Positions 58,350-64,000 of a DNA stretch of 64,000 nucleotides are shown here, in pieces. Both the position numbers and the translations under genes were made by a program. The DNA is from the human T2T-CHM13v2.0 reference genome, Homo sapiens. Position 1 is the first letter of the stretch; each line of letters opens with the position of its first letter. The DNA lies in the NCBI RefSeq assembly GCF_009914755.1, contig NC_060930.1; one strand, given 5' to 3'. The notes beneath the pieces are model-generated. The model did no database searches. It saw only the letters and a list, made by a program, of their open reading frames with translations, and was not told the origin of the DNA.

Positions 58350-59300
58350 AGTTGAAAAAATATTAATTGGATCTTTTTCTCATACCTTACGCCAAAATAA
58401 ATCCCCAAAAATGGTTGCACAACATTGTGAATATACTGAAATCCATTGAATCACACTCTTTAAATGGGCAAATGTTATGTTATGTGATTATCTTTCAATA
58501 AAATTGTTATAAAAATGAATAAACCCCAGAAGATCAAAAATTTAAACATAAAAGCATGGAAGTATACTAGAAGGAAATATAAGATAATTTTATATGTTAT
58601 GTTGTATATATTTATATGTAAAATTTTTTTATTTATTTTTCTTTGCTTTTAAAAGCAAGACATAATGTTCTAGAGGAATAAATGAAACGTTCGATAAATT
58701 TAATTCTCTATTAAATGTTTTGCAGAAGAAAATACCAGGAACAACATCAGAAGAAAAAACAAAAAACCATAAGAAAAACAATTAAAAATACATATGACAA
58801 ATGGCTTATTACTATAATATTTAAAGAACTCTTAAAAATCTATGTGAAAATGACAAATAACAGAAAAATACGTGCAAAGGACAAGAGCAGGCAGTTTAGA
58901 GAAAGCCTATACCAATATATTCTCTTATCAACAGTCTATTGTACAAGCTATTTGAAAGCAATGTTTGAACTATCAAAATTTAAAATACATAAGCCCTTTT
59001 ATCTAGCAATTCTACTTCCAAGAATTTATTCTATAGCTATCTGTACACATATCCAAAGACATAAACATAAGGATAGTCATTGAATGAAATGTTTTTAACA
59101 ACAAAATACTTGAAAGCAAAGAAATGTCACCCAAGAAAGAAGTGATTGAAGAAAGTTTAGCATTCAGTTCAGTGAAGACATATTGAGCTGTCAAAAAAAG
59201 TTGATGGAGAACTCCAAGGTCTATTAACTAAAAACAAAACAAGGTGCTAAACAATATGTTTAGTGTTCATATTTTAATTGTTTATATATTTCACAAATAT
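58350..59300 (+). mobile_element. Ancient L1ME-type fragments
   Basis: ttggatctttttctcatacctt, tatgacaaatggctt, tctagcaattctacttccaagaatttattc; nested L1 3' tail at about 58410-58515. Confidence 0.7.
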
Positions 59301-60176
59301 ATATTTGTGCATGCAGAAAATATTTTAACTTCTTTCTAACCCCGTCAAACACATCATGCCAAAATTCAACTTGTGATAAAGAAAAAAATAAATGAATTCC
59401 TTTCGTGTGTAGTATCTCATTTAAATTCTTCAACAACCCAATAAAAAAGATACAGACACATGTTTTTAAGTACTACATGTTATGCACCTTTGGTTTGCTT
59501 ATTTAATAGTTGCAACTACTAATGTTAAATTCTTGATGCCAAGGTTAAAAGCCTGAACTTCTAAAAATATCAAGATCTGACATTTTTCTGTTTTCACAGA
59601 TTAATCTGCCATCTCCTGACCTCCAACACACTGCTCTATGTTCTTTCATGCTGCTCCTCCTCCCATGTTTAGGACCCTCTTCCAAGGAGGCATTCACATC
59701 TCTGCTTGATGAAACCCTACATTATCTTAAAGCGTCCACTCGAATGCCACCTACTTATATACCATCTCCTGCAATACCAATGGGCTCAGCCCAACCATAG
59801 CCCATAGTTATTGTAGTTGTTCTTGTACTTCAAAAGCACTACAAAACACAACCATCAGGACTTGTTACATTATTTGAAGGCTATGAGCATCTTCAGCTGA
59901 GGCCCTGTTTTTATTCCCAGAACTACCACATTGTTTAGAATATAGTAGCAGATCAATATACGTGTATTAGATAAATCGTTTACCCAGATCTTGATCATTT
60001 TCAATTACCCATAGGTTGAAGAACTCCATATTTAACATGGCAGACTTGAGGACTGAACTACCTACCTCTTCTAAGAAGTTGAAATGAGAATGTTTTATTG
60101 ATGGGAAATTATTTTTTTGTTTTGCCTTCTAGAATTCAAATGAATGTTCATATTCCATGAAGACAATGGCTGATAG

Positions 60177-60563
<387 letters not shown>

Positions 60564-61039
60564 TAACCTACCAACATTGCAGATTCCTTATAAAGGTAGA
60601 ACCATGCTAGCCAAATAGACACATGAAAAATTGTAATTTGGCATTGAATCAAATGGCCTTTGAGCTAAAATTTTTGTATGCTTTCACAGATAGGATGTTT
60701 TTATTCAAATGGTACATGTATATAGACATATGTTAGTTGATAGTTATATTATGTCTGAAAATAAGTAGACCAAGTAATTCTGTTAAGAAATTGTGACCAA
60801 TTCCAGGCTCCAGATAGTAAAGAAAGAGGGTTATTTGAGACAGACCATGTTTCTGGTCAAAACTGACTAGCTAAAAATATAGTTGGCTTAGAGATAGAAA
60901 AACCTGTTTCTAAAACAGAAGAATGTGGAATGCAATAAATTGTCCAGCTGAAAGAACATTTTCCATTTGCTCTATGAAGTCTGATTCTACTGCCCCTTCG
61001 TATTTATTTGTTTGAGAAAGCTTAGCTAAGAGCAACATC

Positions 61040-61081
61040 TGTTTTTTGTTTTTGTTTTTGTTTTTGTTTTGTTTTTGTTTT
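61040..61081. repeat. (TTTTTG)n simple repeat
   Basis: Direct reading. Confidence 0.9.
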
Positions 61082-61447
61082 CAATGTAGTGAGGCTGGCT
61101 GTTGTATAAAGAGTTACTCTATGTCACCAAGATGGAAACTATGGTTCAGCCTGAATTAGTGCCCTGACTCCTCCTAGCCTCTTGGTATTTGGATCTAAGC
61201 TCTAGCTCTACAGCCTCTGGGACCTAAAGCTCACATTGGGTATCAGCGGTACAGCAGCTCCCCTTAAGCTCCACCTTTCCCCCTGGCTCTAACCCCACTT
61301 TGTGCCTCATCCCTCATTCTCACATAGAAATCATAGCTATTTCGAATCTCTGGGCCTGACTTAGTTTCTTATGCCATTAGACATAGTCTCAAATTCCTCA
61401 ATAGCTGAATTGCAGCTTGTATTGATCACATACATAGAGAATCCGCA

Positions 61448-61695
61448 CTTCCTTCTCTTTCCACGTGTTTTTGTCTCTTTCTGATGAGTGCTGATCCCTT
61501 CCCGCTTCCCCTAACAATTTTTTACTTTTCTTCCCCACCACTGCTAGGAACCTGTGTTGCTTAATGGAATCAGCCCTTCCTTCTCTTTTCTTGTGTTTTT
61601 GTCTCTTTCTGATGAATGCCAATCCCTTCCCACCTCCCATGACAATTTTCCACTTCTCTTCCCCACCACCACTAGTAACCTGTGTTGCCTAATGG
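61448..61695. repeat. Two-copy tandem duplication, period 128 bp
   Basis: 61448-61567 aligns gaplessly to 61576-61695 with 17 mismatches in 120 nt by hand count. Confidence 0.93.
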
Positions 61696-62483
61696 TTATC
61701 ACAGTAATCATTCTCACTTATCAACTAATAAATGGAAATCTGTACTATTACACTAGGCAAGGACTGAATTACAGAATGAAGTCCCATGATAAATGATGTG
61801 ATCCACACTAAGGAAGTGATTACCACTCCATTCAGGTTTCTGTTTCCACTCACGTGCATTGTGCTTTTCATTTCAGTCGTTTGTCCTGTACATTGTAGGG
61901 TCCAGATCCCACAATGGCTCTTTATTGGATGAGAGTTCTGGGAGCAGTGCCACTCAGCTACATGGTGCCAGGTCCTGAACCTGTGCCTTCTTCGGTGGAG
62001 GGCTGGCACGTGCTGACAGCTTTCATGTGGGCAATCTGGGAACTTCAGAGAAGGCAGGCCTATTAAGTGTTAAGACTCCCCACCCCGAACTTTTACTGAG
62101 AAAAAGTACCCCAGACAGGAAGTAAAATTAGCCAGAGTTGTATGATCCACACAGTGGATGCTCTGATCTCAGTAATAAAAAATATTTCCTCCAGATCCAT
62201 ATAGACTTTTCCTGCATTATTGTTTTGTTTCTGTTCCTATGGCAGAGTGAGTTTTTAAAACTATTATGCAAGAAATATCAGGATTTTTGCCACCAAAAAG
62301 TTGGATTCATAGACCCAGGGTTTTTACAACCCAGGGGGAAAAAACTTTCAGCCCTCACAAGAAAGTATTTTATTAAAGACTGGCACCCAAACCTCAAGAC
62401 TATATTTCTCACTGCAGGATTTGGCCCCTGTCTGCCTCCTTCTCAGACTAGTTAAACTTTCATACTCCATCCTTGTTCCTTCG

Positions 62484-62540
62484 CTTCTTTCTTAGGATCT
62501 TCTGTGCACTTCTTTCTTAGGATCTTCTTGGCACTTCTTT
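62484..62540. repeat. Two-copy tandem duplication, period 25 bp
   Basis: cttctttcttaggatcttct(gt/tg)gca x2. Confidence 0.92.
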
Positions 62541-64000
62541 GCTCTTGAAGGGCAGAAACGCTATTGTAGAAATTCAAGGCACTGTATGCTGACATAGTTT
62601 ATAGTTGTCTTTTTCATGAGATAACACAGCGGCTGGCAGCTCCTCTTTTCTATCAAGGACAGTACTGCTGGCTCAGGAGAGCAGTAAGCAAACAGAAGCT
62701 GTCTCTCAACCCTGTACAAAGCGAAACCACTCTTTTCCCTACAAAAGTGAGCTGTGCCCCAGAAAAGCGGATCTGCTGCTGAGCAGGGCTCCTCATGTCT
62801 CCTATTGTTCCTGAAAAACAGCATCAAAGAGGGCAAGACTGACACACAATGTTGTAGCATTAGGAGCCTTTTTCAGAATAAAAAAGCAATCAGTCATATG
62901 AAGCATGTGGTCATACCACAATCAACAATTTTTCTCCACAACTGGAGATATGGATTTTTCTAAAAGTCCAACTGATTCATGGCCCTGATACGGGGCAGCT
63001 CTACCTCTCATGAGACCAATGACCAAGTGACTCTGACTCCAGGAATCTCTGACAGAAGCCAAGCTGGAAACGGCTCAGGAAACCTGAGCTAGAAGATGCC
63101 TTTCTGACACCTGGGAAACAAAACCTCAGTGTATGGAGGAACCCAAGGTTTTGTGTTGAGCCCCAGTCGCCAAGGTCTGAGGAGGCTGGGTTTATATTGG
63201 CCCCGATTTTGTGGCCGAGGCACAAGGGGAATTGAAAGGTTGTTGTGAGGACCTGCTCGGAATGTCTTTCTGGAAGTTTGGAGAGGGTCTCTCAAATGCC
63301 AAAATTTCCATGGGAAGCCATTTTCACAGCTGCTTGGGAGTGGGAGATATTCGTCATCATTTCTGCCCCATTTAGAATAATTTATTACTTTGCTTGCAAA
63401 AACCCGGAATCATCCATAGGACACACGTTGTTTGTTTTTCCACTCCACACCAAAGGACAGAGGCATTCCTGGTTAATCCAAGATGCCAACTTCAAGACAT
63501 TCTGAGAACTAGCTGGACAGAGCTGAAGTGTAGGGCAAATCAGAACAGAAGTGATGGGCCCAGGGCAAAAGCCCGTGAAGCAGCAGCTGCGGAGGAAGGA
63601 TGGGAGCTGGAGCTGCAAAGGGGGCCATGGTGGAGACTCTGGGCCTGCCCACAGTATCCCCTCTGCCCAATGGGAATTCAGTTTTCCTGCATATCATTCA
63701 ATTATTTCTCATTTTTCTAGGCCTAGCTCACCTTATTCGGGAAGTTTTGCGACTACCCCAGTCCATAATGAATTTCCTCTCTAGACTATTTCAATTCTTA
63801 CAGTCACTACCACACAGTCTAGGATTTGGTTAGTTGGTTGATTTCATTCATTTATTCAATAATTCAATGTTTATTGAGTTCCTACTATGGACTTTGTGCC
63901 AGGTATACAAAACTGAATGTTACTGTTGTGTGGGGTTTTTTTCTTTGCATTTTTAAAGTTAACCTGGATTTTTCTCTCACTCTTTATGCATGTATTTCCT

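Noticed and set aside
61481-61615. TGATGA and CTGA boxes suggesting a C/D snoRNA tandem
   Set aside because: Box spacing is wrong, there is no terminal stem, and the CTGA is not kept in the second copy

Overview
Human-type genomic DNA from inside the estrogen receptor alpha gene (ESR1, + strand). The window holds the end of intron 4, coding exon 5 (10968-11106, 139 nt, G366-R412), the 49,192-nt intron 5, coding exon 6 (60299-60432, 134 nt, R412-G457) and the start of intron 6. Both exons encode part of the ligand-binding domain (LBD). Intron 5 is dominated by transposons: a full-length but dead sense L1PA4/5-type LINE (27471-~33625) sitting in the tail of an AluY inside an ancient antisense L1, a complete antisense HERV-L provirus with both MLT2A2 LTRs and a CTAGG target-site duplication (37203-44242), four sense solo LTRs (three THE1, one MLT2A1), Alus, MER20, MER58A, MIR and L2. 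Apart from the two exons, the ORF-track entries are TE remnants or chance ORFs. I see no new gene or self-contained novel system. The best leads are latent isoform-making signals in intron 5: an in-frame 69-nt pseudo-exon, a candidate terminal exon using a THE1 poly(A) signal, an MLT2A1 LTR with intact promoter and donor motifs aimed at exon 6, and an L1 ORF0 that stays open into an antisense Alu. TE subfamily names and old-repeat boundaries are by-eye estimates.
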